From: Spirochaetia bacterium
GTDB lineage: Bacteria > Spirochaetota > Spirochaetia > WTKD01 > G963693115
DNA: 64,000 nucleotides
Direction: 5' to 3'
NCBI GenBank assembly: GCA_963693115.1
Contig: OY843750.1
Span: forward strand, 1,148,680-1,212,679
Below, piece after piece: positions 10,561-19,900 of this stretch. Below the pieces are notes generated by a model, which saw nothing but the letters and a program-made list of their open reading frames with translations, was not told where the DNA came from and did not search any database. The position numbers were made by a program, and so were the translations under genes. Position 1 is the stretch's first letter. Every line of letters starts with the position of its first letter.

Positions 10561-10583
10561 GGACATACTATACATAGCTTTTC

Positions 10584-11144
10584 GTGTATTTAGCAATTAT
10601 TTCAATTATCGTATCGGTACTTACCTCGACGTTTATCACGGTCTTTCTTATTCATCGAATAAGTAATCCAGATAAAGTCATCAAGAATCTTAAGACACAT
10701 GTCCAAGAGTTAAACAAATCCCTCAGTCGTGTTGCAAACCAGCAGGTAGCTATGGTAGAATCGAAAATCTCTGAACTCAAAAAAATAAATGCGGGCATCG
10801 CACGACGCACACAGTCCGCAGAGCATCATGTCCAAAGAAATAGCAACCGTAAAATTGAAAAAAACTCAATATCAGCTGGTGAGACACCTGTCTATAAAAA
10901 AATGCATCCACATAGAAACACGCGTGTTTCGAATACCATGCCAGAAAATACAGGTTTTACTAATAAGCCAGAGTCTAAAATAGAACATTCGTTCACGAAA
11001 CACTCTACCGAACATTCTTTGGCAGTTAATGCGCAAGTGCGTGATTTATTAAAGGAAGGATATTCGACAGAAGCAATTGCAAAAAAGCTCTCTATTGCAC
11101 AGGCACACATTGAACTGGTGCGCTCACTCCATGACTTAGAATAG
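10584..11144 (+). CDS. Hypothetical single-pass membrane protein with coiled coil and a short helix-turn-helix-like C-terminus
   Basis: GTG start, N-terminal TM (LAIISIIVSVLTSTFITVFLI), coiled coil, and C-terminal LLKEGYSTEAIAKKLSIAQAHIELVRSL. The architecture recalls DUF2802-type proteins found next to fliA. That resemblance is from memory and is weak. Confidence 0.45.
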   Translation: MYLAIISIIVSVLTSTFITVFLIHRISNPDKVIKNLKTHVQELNKSLSRVANQQVAMVESKISELKKINAGIARRTQSAEHHVQRNSNRKIEKNSISAGETPVYKKMHPHRNTRVSNTMPENTGFTNKPESKIEHSFTKHSTEHSLAVNAQVRDLLKEGYSTEAIAKKLSIAQAHIELVRSLHDLE

Positions 11145-12891
11145 TATCAGCGAGAGACGCAGACTCATCAATCCAATTTTGTATGCTGGAAGAACTTGGT
11201 CGTGTTTTGCTAAGTATATCAAGTGTTGTATCTTGCAAATAGAATTCTAAGAATTTAAGTGCTGGGTGTTGTGCAAGTTTTATAAAGCGAGAATGTTCAT
11301 GTAACTGAGCAATATCTGCTGAATTTTGTATCGTGTTTCTATAGTCTTGTATTGTATGCATAAGTACACCAACGTTTTTTTCTAGTTCTTTTCCGTGTGA
11401 AGAGTCGGTGGTGTCCTTTAGTAACCAATATTTTGAACGATGTATCTCCAGTGATATGTCAGGCAATTCAAAAACGCGTGAATCATCCCAAAGCTCCAGG
11501 TCCTTGATTGCACTACTATGCGGTGATTTTGCATAATGGGTAATGGTCTTATATTCATTAATCTTTCTATTAAACCACGTACGAAAATGTTTCATCCGCG
11601 TATCTGAGATAATGAGATGTCCATTGTTGCTCTTTACCAAACATAGGGGTGCGTCATATATGATGCGAAACAGCTCGGTATTAAATGGTTGCAATTTTGT
11701 ATCATTCAATAGTGCATTTTGTTCAAAAAAACTTAGATGTGCATGACTGCTCATTTTTGGAAAGCCTAAGTCAAGTCCAAGATTTACCGCAGTCGTACAG
11801 CCTAGCAAGGAAGCAAGTTCCCATGCGATCGTACTCACCGAACCTCCGCTTTCTAAGTGGGTAGCAAAGGATGTATTGTGCGTGATGTCATTACAAAGGC
11901 TATCGTCTGGGCTGTTAATAAATAACTGCCCTTTACATAGTTGTAGCGAAGAGGGATGAGTAGTTAGGTCAGCAACCCAGAGCGTATTATTAGAATGACT
12001 GCGAGAGAGCAGATGATACGAGTTGATATATTGTGGATCTGCAACGATAGCTATATCAGGATAAATATTATGAGCGTAAAGCGTATTGAGGGCAGTGTCA
12101 ACGGCAATTACTAAGAATTTTGTTCTCTGTTCAACTAACCATGCCATTTCATCATCAAGCGTTGGACCAGCACTACAAATGATACAGGGGATACCGCAAA
12201 ATGTATCCCGTAGTTTTGAAACAGGGATCATGCGAGAAGAAAACCGATTAATATTGCTCAATATGTTTGAAATCCATCGCTTTTTAAACCGCTTTAAAGT
12301 TGCGTAGTTTATAGAACGTGCAAGTGCATAATCTCTGACTGTATTCTCTAGTGTTATATTACAAGTATGCTTGGATGACTGGGCACTGTTATGAGAAGAT
12401 GCTGCTACATTTGGTAATACAATCGGGTAGTTTGCTTTGAGAGACGCAAGCGATGAAATAAGCATGGTCGTAGTTGGTTGTACTAGAAAATGGCACTCAA
12501 CAGTGGCACATAGTTTTTTGAGATTAACAAACGAAAGAATGATAGAGAATAGTTCGGGATTGTTTTCTACCACTAGTACCTTTTGTTTTTTAGAAACTGT
12601 AGTTGATAAGGCTTTGAGAATATAACCAAGACCCATGCCAAATACAACAGCTACGTCACGAATTGTGGATGCAATAGCTTGCACCCGTTGTGTAGCTTCT
12701 CGTGATGGATTAAATGTACTCTGAATAGTTTTTCCATTATATTGCAAACTTGGTTCTCCATTTTTTGCCATCATATAGGTATAGTGTTGTTCAGTATATG
12801 AGAGAGAGTCAAGGTTTATAACGTGCCTGCGATATAAGTAGTCAATATTTTTTTTAAATAATAGTTTGTTATTATGAGCTAGTGTCTGCAT
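11092..12891 (-). CDS. Motility-associated-factor (Maf) / DUF115 (MptE-like) family protein, putative flagellin glycosylation enzyme
   Basis: Central motif CSAGPTLDDEMAWLVEQRTKFLVIAVDTALNTLYAHNIYPDIAIVADPQ matches the DUF115 core (GPS/TLD ... D-x-A ... PD ... D). Its start overlaps the PBP stop (TAATG). Confidence 0.75.
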   Translation of the reverse strand: MQTLAHNNKLLFKKNIDYLYRRHVINLDSLSYTEQHYTYMMAKNGEPSLQYNGKTIQSTFNPSREATQRVQAIASTIRDVAVVFGMGLGYILKALSTTVSKKQKVLVVENNPELFSIILSFVNLKKLCATVECHFLVQPTTTMLISSLASLKANYPIVLPNVAASSHNSAQSSKHTCNITLENTVRDYALARSINYATLKRFKKRWISNILSNINRFSSRMIPVSKLRDTFCGIPCIICSAGPTLDDEMAWLVEQRTKFLVIAVDTALNTLYAHNIYPDIAIVADPQYINSYHLLSRSHSNNTLWVADLTTHPSSLQLCKGQLFINSPDDSLCNDITHNTSFATHLESGGSVSTIAWELASLLGCTTAVNLGLDLGFPKMSSHAHLSFFEQNALLNDTKLQPFNTELFRIIYDAPLCLVKSNNGHLIISDTRMKHFRTWFNRKINEYKTITHYAKSPHSSAIKDLELWDDSRVFELPDISLEIHRSKYWLLKDTTDSSHGKELEKNVGVLMHTIQDYRNTIQNSADIAQLHEHSRFIKLAQHPALKFLEFYLQDTTLDILSKTRPSSSSIQNWIDESASLADTILSHGVSAPVQCVPVQ

Positions 12892-14555
12892 TATTGAGCC
12901 TTAGAAACCAAGTCAGTATTATCGCTATTTTTATTATCACTAGTGATAGCGAGATAGGGCAAGATAAAGGTGAGCATTTCACGGATCATAGGAGCGGCGG
13001 TTCTTCCGCCGTAAATTTCTCCTGCGGTAGGGGAGAAAATAGCTGCGTATATGATTATTTGCGGATCCTGCGTTGGTACTATTCCTAATGTTGACGCGAT
13101 AAATCGATTGTCAGAGTATTGCTGTAGATCAGTATCAAATATTTGTGCAGTGCCCGTTTTCGCGGAGATATTTATCCCTTTTAATGCAATACGGTGCGCT
13201 GTTCCTCCAGGATTGGTTGCTTGGTTCATCATTCCAAGAATCAGAGATGCGGTTTTAGCAGAAATAACCTTTCTTTTCTCAATAGGTTCAAGAAAATGAA
13301 CTATTTCTTGATTGCGGTTCACGATTTTATCGATAATCTGAGGAGTGAGCAAGATCCCGTTATTGGTAAATGCTGTCGCGGCAGTAATAAGTTGCATTGA
13401 AGTAGTCGCAATTTCTTGTCCCAATGCGATAGTTTGTTTGCTTCGAGCCGACCATTTTTGGGGTGGCAATAAAAGACCGCCACTTTCGCCGGGAAGCGGT
13501 ATGTGTGTTTTGCTTCCAAATCCAAACTGTGTTAGGTAATTGTAGAACTCATCTTTTTTTATGGTTTCGACCGCTCGTGATACTCCGACGTTGGAGGAAT
13601 GTTTAATTACTTCTGAGGTAGAGATAGTGCCGGGATACCATATGTCTTGTATAGTAAATCCGTAATACGAATTTGTGTACGGACCACTTGCATCAAACAT
13701 ACTATGTGGGTAAATGGAATTTGAATCAAGTAGGGTAGCAATACTAAAAAGTTTAAATACGCTACCGGGTTCAAAAGATTGTCTTATGGGTCTGTTGACA
13801 AGTTGTTCTGGTGCGTATTCGTAGTATCGGTTGAGATCAAACGAAGGTTCGCTTATATATGCGAGCAAAGCGCCAGTTTTTGCATCCATAAGTAATACTT
13901 GTATACTCTCGGCCTTGCTCTTTTTCATAGTTGCGCGAACTATCTCTTCTATACGATTCTGTAATATGAGGTCTATAGTGAGATAAATTGAGTGACCAAT
14001 TCCATTTCCATTTGCATCAAGCAAGTAGTCATATGTCTTTTCTATTCCTTCAAGCCCGACGCCTGTTTCACCAAAAAAGCCAATAAGTGACGAGAGTGAG
14101 TTTTTGCTCGGGTAGATTCGCCACTCAAATTTTGAGATTTGTACTCCTTTCAGCAGTCCTTTGGATTGTAGGGTTTTAAGTTCTAAATAGGCCTGTACGT
14201 CTATGTATTTTTTTATATTTACAAAACGATTAGGATTTTTTATGACTTTGTCGACTAATTCATCGTCCATGCTAAAAACACTGCCTAGTGCGTCTATTGT
14301 TGTTTCGGGCGTCTTTAAATCTACATATCTAAAACCAACAGTCCAATGAGAACTCGGAAGCGCCAGCACATTGCCTATTCGATCAAATATTGCACCACGC
14401 TCTTCTATGGCGGTTATATTATTAGTATTGTTATTCTTGTTTGTCTTGTTTGATAGAGGATGAATGCTCTGTATTTTTGCAATCTGTGTGCTGGTAAGAA
14501 AAATAATGCTGATAAATGAAAATATAGATATAGTCCACAGTAATTTTGAGTGCAT
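12891..14555 (-). CDS. Class B penicillin-binding protein (PBP2/FtsI-type D,D-transpeptidase)
   Basis: N-terminal TM plus the three transpeptidase motifs: SxxK (SVFK), SxN (SSN) and KTG (KTGT). Confidence 0.88.
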   Translation of the reverse strand: MHSKLLWTISIFSFISIIFLTSTQIAKIQSIHPLSNKTNKNNNTNNITAIEERGAIFDRIGNVLALPSSHWTVGFRYVDLKTPETTIDALGSVFSMDDELVDKVIKNPNRFVNIKKYIDVQAYLELKTLQSKGLLKGVQISKFEWRIYPSKNSLSSLIGFFGETGVGLEGIEKTYDYLLDANGNGIGHSIYLTIDLILQNRIEEIVRATMKKSKAESIQVLLMDAKTGALLAYISEPSFDLNRYYEYAPEQLVNRPIRQSFEPGSVFKLFSIATLLDSNSIYPHSMFDASGPYTNSYYGFTIQDIWYPGTISTSEVIKHSSNVGVSRAVETIKKDEFYNYLTQFGFGSKTHIPLPGESGGLLLPPQKWSARSKQTIALGQEIATTSMQLITAATAFTNNGILLTPQIIDKIVNRNQEIVHFLEPIEKRKVISAKTASLILGMMNQATNPGGTAHRIALKGINISAKTGTAQIFDTDLQQYSDNRFIASTLGIVPTQDPQIIIYAAIFSPTAGEIYGGRTAAPMIREMLTFILPYLAITSDNKNSDNTDLVSKAQ

Positions 14556-14647
14556 AGTTTTTTAGTGTTGCCCGTCTGTTTAGACTATCGATATCATATG
14601 AAAATCCTTTATAGAAAAGGTGATAGTACGATATACCTTAGGTAGGC

Positions 14648-15949
14648 ATGAATCATCTTTTTTCACAATACGATAGAAGCATAGAAAACATGGACGTGGT
14701 TACTTCTGGGCAAGACACACGTTTCTCACATCAATCAATTTTAGATAGAAATACTGAACGCGATCACATAGAACATGAGCGGAAAAAAGGCTTTCATCGA
14801 ACTATGTCGCCTCTACACGTCTCTGCGCAAGCTCCCTTGGGAATAAGCGTATTAAACCATGAGGCTTTTCATACTACTGGACATCAAAATTCCTTTTCAC
14901 CAGTACGTTCTTTTATGTTTATGTTGCTAGGAGGCATTGTATTGAGTATAAAGTATGCCTACACTAGAGGTGTTTCCCGATTGTTCAAAGTACTTACCAT
15001 ATATGCTAAGCAGGTAGTTATTCGTACGGGTACAAAAAAGATTTTTTTATTTTCATTACTAATCTCAACACTATTGTTACTCTGTGCTATTTTAATTTAC
15101 TGGCGCACAACTCCTTCGACTATCATTAATATCGCTGATATACACAAACCACAAGAATTAGTAGTACAGGACACATATGAGATATCATCTAAACATGTGG
15201 GAGCACCGTCCTATGCTCCAAATATTCAAACGTCTACCATACAAGTTAATGCAGGAATGACCTTATCAGATCTTGCGATAGAATATGATATTTCTCTCGA
15301 CACGCTTATAACGTGGAACGGAATACAAGATGTTCGATATGTGCGTGCAGGTGATACCTTAGCCATACCAAATAAAAATGGGGTGCTTCATACAGTCCAG
15401 AACGGTGAATCAATACACAGCATTGCAGAACAATATTCCATCAAGAGAGTCGCAATCTTAGATTCTAATAACCTTCAAACTTCCACTATACATCGAGGTG
15501 ATACTCTTTTTATTCCCGGTGCAAAACTTGATCCCTTTGTTCTTGGACTTGCCTTAGGCACTTCTTTTCTTACTCCCGTAAAAGGAAGACTGACTTCTGA
15601 CTATGGGTATAGGATTAGCCCGATAACAGGAAAGAGACACTTTCACTATGGCATTGACATTGCAAACAGAACAGGGACACCTATTGTTGCAGTTGCAAAT
15701 GGGTATGTGGCATATACAGAGAAAAACAACCCTAGTTTAGGACAAGTAATAATCCTTAAGCATCCACAAGGTTTTCAGAGTCTTTACGGACATCTATCAA
15801 AAATACACGTGAAAAGAGGTGATAGAATAACACGTGGGCACGTGTTGGGTTTAGTGGGTAACACGGGTCAGAGCACCGGACCGCATCTGCATTTTACGCT
15901 TATATACAATAATAAGCCTGTAAATCCAAAAAAATATCTTAAATTTTAA
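14648..15949 (+). CDS. LysM-domain M23 family metallopeptidase
   Basis: One TM and LysM-like segments (MTLSDLAIEYDISLDTLITWN; ESIHSIAEQYSIKRVAILDSN). M23 motifs HFHYGIDIA and GNTGQSTGPHLHF are present. Confidence 0.88.
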   Translation: MNHLFSQYDRSIENMDVVTSGQDTRFSHQSILDRNTERDHIEHERKKGFHRTMSPLHVSAQAPLGISVLNHEAFHTTGHQNSFSPVRSFMFMLLGGIVLSIKYAYTRGVSRLFKVLTIYAKQVVIRTGTKKIFLFSLLISTLLLLCAILIYWRTTPSTIINIADIHKPQELVVQDTYEISSKHVGAPSYAPNIQTSTIQVNAGMTLSDLAIEYDISLDTLITWNGIQDVRYVRAGDTLAIPNKNGVLHTVQNGESIHSIAEQYSIKRVAILDSNNLQTSTIHRGDTLFIPGAKLDPFVLGLALGTSFLTPVKGRLTSDYGYRISPITGKRHFHYGIDIANRTGTPIVAVANGYVAYTEKNNPSLGQVIILKHPQGFQSLYGHLSKIHVKRGDRITRGHVLGLVGNTGQSTGPHLHFTLIYNNKPVNPKKYLKF

Positions 15950-16016
15950 TGTAGCCGTAGAATCGTCTTAAAGGCGCGATATGTGACGCGATATGTGACA
16001 TGTGGTGTGGTGTGCC

Positions 16017-18779
16017 TTAGGTAACGCTACTAGTAGCTGAGCGTCCATGACAATGCTTGTATTTTTTACCACTTCCACAGGGGCAAGGGGCATTACGACC
16101 AATTTTTTCATGTCTTGTAATTGTGGACTGTATGCCTTGTGCTTGTGGCATATTTCTACGAGCATAAGCAACCTGATTTTGGTTCATGTGTGTTTTTTGT
16201 GAGGTTTCGAGTTGTGAAAGATGTGTGTGCTGTGTAGTCATTATTTGGTTTTTTTGTACAGTAAGCTGTGCTTGTTCAATGCTTTCTATTGTAAGTCCTA
16301 CAAACTTTCTTATGATAGAGATTGATATGTCGTTGAGTAGATTTGTAAATATTTCAAAGGCTTCTAGCTTATATTCTGTAAGCGGATTTTTTTGTGCATA
16401 GCCACGAAGACCTGTTGCCTGTCTTAATTCTTCCATGTGAGTAAGATGCTCTTGCCATTTACTGTCTACTGCTTTTAAGTATTCCGCGCGGATTAGTTTG
16501 TTAAAAAAATCTTTTCCTACTAATGAGGCCTTAATGTCTAGATTTTCGTAAAGCTGTTGTACTGTTTCATCTAGCGAATACGAATTCTTGAGCACCTCTT
16601 TAAATCTAACCGTATGTATAAGAGTATTCGTCAATATCGTCGATCGTTCTGAATCTTCGTCTATGCCTTTACATGTTTCCTGTAAATAATCGTGTAGATT
16701 TTTCTTGATGCGTTGTAAGAGATCAGAGTCGTGTAATAGCTCATCTCTGTTAGCATAGATGATTTCTCGTTGCTTATTAATTACAGAATCGTAATCGAGT
16801 AAATGCTTGCGTATTTCAAAATTTCTATTCTCAACATTTTTTTGGGCTCTTTCCATAGCACGGGTAATAAATTTATGAGTGAGTGCTTCGCCTTCTGCAA
16901 GTGAACGACCCATGAGAGAGCGAATTCTTTCTATACCGCTTCCAAAGATTTTTAGTAGCTGATCGTCTAATGATAAGTAAAAACTTGTGTGTCCGGGGTC
17001 TCCCTGTCGACCACTTCTTCCACGAAGCTGGTTATCAATACGTCGGCTCTCGTGACGTTCGGTTCCAAGTATGTACAAACCACCAAGTTTTTTTACTTCT
17101 TCATAATTTTGTTGCCATTCTTCATATGCCTTGTCTTGTATAGATACAATTTTTTGACTGTCAGGTTCATCGGTATCAGTGTTTTCTTGAACATTAAGTT
17201 GGCTCTGCCAGTTGCCACCAAGCTTGATATCGGTGCCACGACCTGCCATATTGGTTGCTATAGTTACGGCGCTTTTGCGTCCTGCTTCTGCGATGATATG
17301 TGCTTCGTGTGCATGATTTTTGGCATTGAGTACTCGGTGAGGTATATGCGCTTTTTTTAGCGCCTTACTCAGTAGCTCAGAATTCTCAATAGATACAGTA
17401 CCAAGCAAAATAGGCTGTCCGCGCGAATGTAGTTCTTTGATTTTTTGAGTGAGCGCTTGTATTTTAATCTCTTCGGATATAAATATGAGGTCTTCGTCAT
17501 CGATACGTATTACGGGTTTGTTAGTAGGTAATTCAACGACGTCAAGTCCATATATATTAAGAAATTCTTTTTCTTCAGAGGCAGCAGTGCCCGTCATACC
17601 AGAAATTTTATGGTAGAGTTTAAAAAAGTTTTGAATGGTAATGCTTGCAAGGGTACGATTTTGTTTTTCTATCGTGATGCCTTCTTTTGCTTCTATAGCT
17701 TGATGAAGCCCATCCGAGTATCTTCTTCCCTTTAGTATGCGCCCAGTAAATTCGTCAACAATTTCTACGCGTCCTTCTTGCACTACGTAATCGACATCCC
17801 GAGTATATAAATAATGTGCACGCAAGGATTGACTTACATAATGTACATACTCAAAATTCTCCAAGTCGTCCAGGCTACGGGTAATAATCTTCTTTTGTTG
17901 CAATAGCGATTCAAGTTCTTGCATGCCCTTTTGAGTAAAAGAGACCGACTTATTTTTTTCATTTAGCTTAAAATCACCCCTTAGATCTTCTTCATTTTCT
18001 GGGTATTTTTCTGTTTCGGGGTCTTTTTTGCATTCTTTTAGGAGATGGGTTATGGAATGTGCGTTTTTTATGATTACCGTGTCGTCTCGTGCAGGTCCAG
18101 AAATAATGAGAGGAGTTCGAGCTTCGTCAATAAGTATTGAGTCAACTTCATCAATAATACAAAATTGATACCCACGCTTACAGAGTTTTTCAGTTTGTAT
18201 CCTTAGATTGTCTCTGAGGTAGTCAAATCCTACTTCGTTATTTGTTGCATATACAACATCACAGTCATACATTTGTTGTCTATCGGCGGATGACATGCCA
18301 GAAACAACAAAGCCTACAGAAAGACCAATGAGATTGAACACAGGTTGCATCCATTCGGCATCTCGCTGCGAGAGATAATCATTAACAGTAATAATGTGAA
18401 CTTGCATTCCTTCTAGCCAAGCACAAAATGCAGCTCCTATGCTTGTAAGCGTTTTTCCTTCACCAGTTTTCATTTCTGCAATTCTACCTTGTTGCAAGAC
18501 CAGCAAGCCGAGCAGCTGTGAGTCAAACATACGTTCGTTTAAGGTTCTTCTGGCCGCTTCACGAATAAGAGCTATTGCTTCCGCAAAGCGAATTTGTCCT
18601 TTTGATGGACTCATAAGTTCTGCTTTAATACGTTGCGCGTGAGGTTTAAAGTCCTCATTTTTTATCTGTAAGAAGGAATGCTCAAAAGAATTTATGGCAG
18701 ATAATATTGGAAAATAATTTTTTTGTTCGCGCATACTTCTTTTACTTGCGCCAGCAACTGTACGAGAATCAAAAAACAT
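16017..18779 (-). CDS. secA: Preprotein translocase ATPase SecA
   Basis: 920 aa with Walker A MKTGEGKT, the DEVD box, and the C-terminal zinc motif CPCGSGKKYKHCHG. Confidence 0.97.
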   Translation of the reverse strand: MFFDSRTVAGASKRSMREQKNYFPILSAINSFEHSFLQIKNEDFKPHAQRIKAELMSPSKGQIRFAEAIALIREAARRTLNERMFDSQLLGLLVLQQGRIAEMKTGEGKTLTSIGAAFCAWLEGMQVHIITVNDYLSQRDAEWMQPVFNLIGLSVGFVVSGMSSADRQQMYDCDVVYATNNEVGFDYLRDNLRIQTEKLCKRGYQFCIIDEVDSILIDEARTPLIISGPARDDTVIIKNAHSITHLLKECKKDPETEKYPENEEDLRGDFKLNEKNKSVSFTQKGMQELESLLQQKKIITRSLDDLENFEYVHYVSQSLRAHYLYTRDVDYVVQEGRVEIVDEFTGRILKGRRYSDGLHQAIEAKEGITIEKQNRTLASITIQNFFKLYHKISGMTGTAASEEKEFLNIYGLDVVELPTNKPVIRIDDEDLIFISEEIKIQALTQKIKELHSRGQPILLGTVSIENSELLSKALKKAHIPHRVLNAKNHAHEAHIIAEAGRKSAVTIATNMAGRGTDIKLGGNWQSQLNVQENTDTDEPDSQKIVSIQDKAYEEWQQNYEEVKKLGGLYILGTERHESRRIDNQLRGRSGRQGDPGHTSFYLSLDDQLLKIFGSGIERIRSLMGRSLAEGEALTHKFITRAMERAQKNVENRNFEIRKHLLDYDSVINKQREIIYANRDELLHDSDLLQRIKKNLHDYLQETCKGIDEDSERSTILTNTLIHTVRFKEVLKNSYSLDETVQQLYENLDIKASLVGKDFFNKLIRAEYLKAVDSKWQEHLTHMEELRQATGLRGYAQKNPLTEYKLEAFEIFTNLLNDISISIIRKFVGLTIESIEQAQLTVQKNQIMTTQHTHLSQLETSQKTHMNQNQVAYARRNMPQAQGIQSTITRHEKIGRNAPCPCGSGKKYKHCHGRSATSSVT

Positions 18780-18793
18780 AGTACTATTATACT

Positions 18794-19900
18794 ATGTTAA
18801 CGTTTTGTCGCATCTCACACGTAATATTATGTATATTTGTATTGCTTAGTAGTGCGTGTCGTATTCAAAATGCGGATAGAGAGGCGCGGCTTCTCTTTTC
18901 CATTGAATATGGAGCTATTCCCGGACAAATATTTCCCTGGGATTCAAGTACAAATAGCCTTAACAAAACAGTAATTGTTTCTAGAGATAGAAAAATATAT
19001 ATTAGTAATCGTGGTACGCTGATGGTGTTTTCATCAAAAGGCATACTCTTAAATCACGTCTCAAATGAAACAAGTGATCGTTTTATACGCTCGCTTGCAG
19101 AACGAGGAATTGTTCATACTCCTATATATAGACCGAAAAATATTATTCTGAGAGACGTTACTGATTCAGGTATTGTTTTTATTGAGGAAAAAACAGCGAT
19201 TCAGACAGAAAACAATCAGAGTCAACAACGTACACAATTTTTCATGTTTAACCCTAGTGAACAAGTGGTTACAGAATTTCCTGATACGATTAAAGACGCT
19301 CATTTTACTGTGGTGCCTTATTTTTCACTGAGTAGGGGCTTGGTATTTATATATCAGTCAGTAAGTGACGAATTTACCGTTTTTACCTATACCCAACAAG
19401 GAAAAAAAATTCAAGAAATGCATACCACTGTACTAAATTTTGTATCCGCTACAAGCCCTAATACTGTCAACCAAATTGAGGCAATGGTGCCTCATCCCAC
19501 CGAATCTGAGTTGTACTTTCAGGTAAATACGTATAGTAGTCCAGTATCGGCAAGCACCACAGATACTTCATCATCAATCGGAAATTTCATCGTCAAGTTG
19601 AATCAACTAACCGGAGACATTGTTAGCTATATGGATATGAGTGATGTGTCTGAGTCTGAGTTTACCTTAGAGTATATTAAAAAAGACAATACCCTAGTAT
19701 TTTCTGACTATTCAGAAAAAGACGGTGTATACAAGATCCTTGTAGTAAACAAGAAAAAAAAAGTGGAGTATGTGTATGCATTGATTCCGCCTTACCATGT
19801 ACCTGTGGAGTCATATTTTACTTTTGATCCAGCGGGATACGTGGTATCGCTTTATATGTCTTCTCAAAGAGCAGAAGTATATAGATGGAATGTTTTATGA
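18794..19900 (+). CDS. Hypothetical lipoprotein
   Basis: Signal peptide ending in a lipobox-like LLSSAC. 368 aa, no family recognised. Confidence 0.55.
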   Translation: MLTFCRISHVILCIFVLLSSACRIQNADREARLLFSIEYGAIPGQIFPWDSSTNSLNKTVIVSRDRKIYISNRGTLMVFSSKGILLNHVSNETSDRFIRSLAERGIVHTPIYRPKNIILRDVTDSGIVFIEEKTAIQTENNQSQQRTQFFMFNPSEQVVTEFPDTIKDAHFTVVPYFSLSRGLVFIYQSVSDEFTVFTYTQQGKKIQEMHTTVLNFVSATSPNTVNQIEAMVPHPTESELYFQVNTYSSPVSASTTDTSSSIGNFIVKLNQLTGDIVSYMDMSDVSESEFTLEYIKKDNTLVFSDYSEKDGVYKILVVNKKKKVEYVYALIPPYHVPVESYFTFDPAGYVVSLYMSSQRAEVYRWNVL

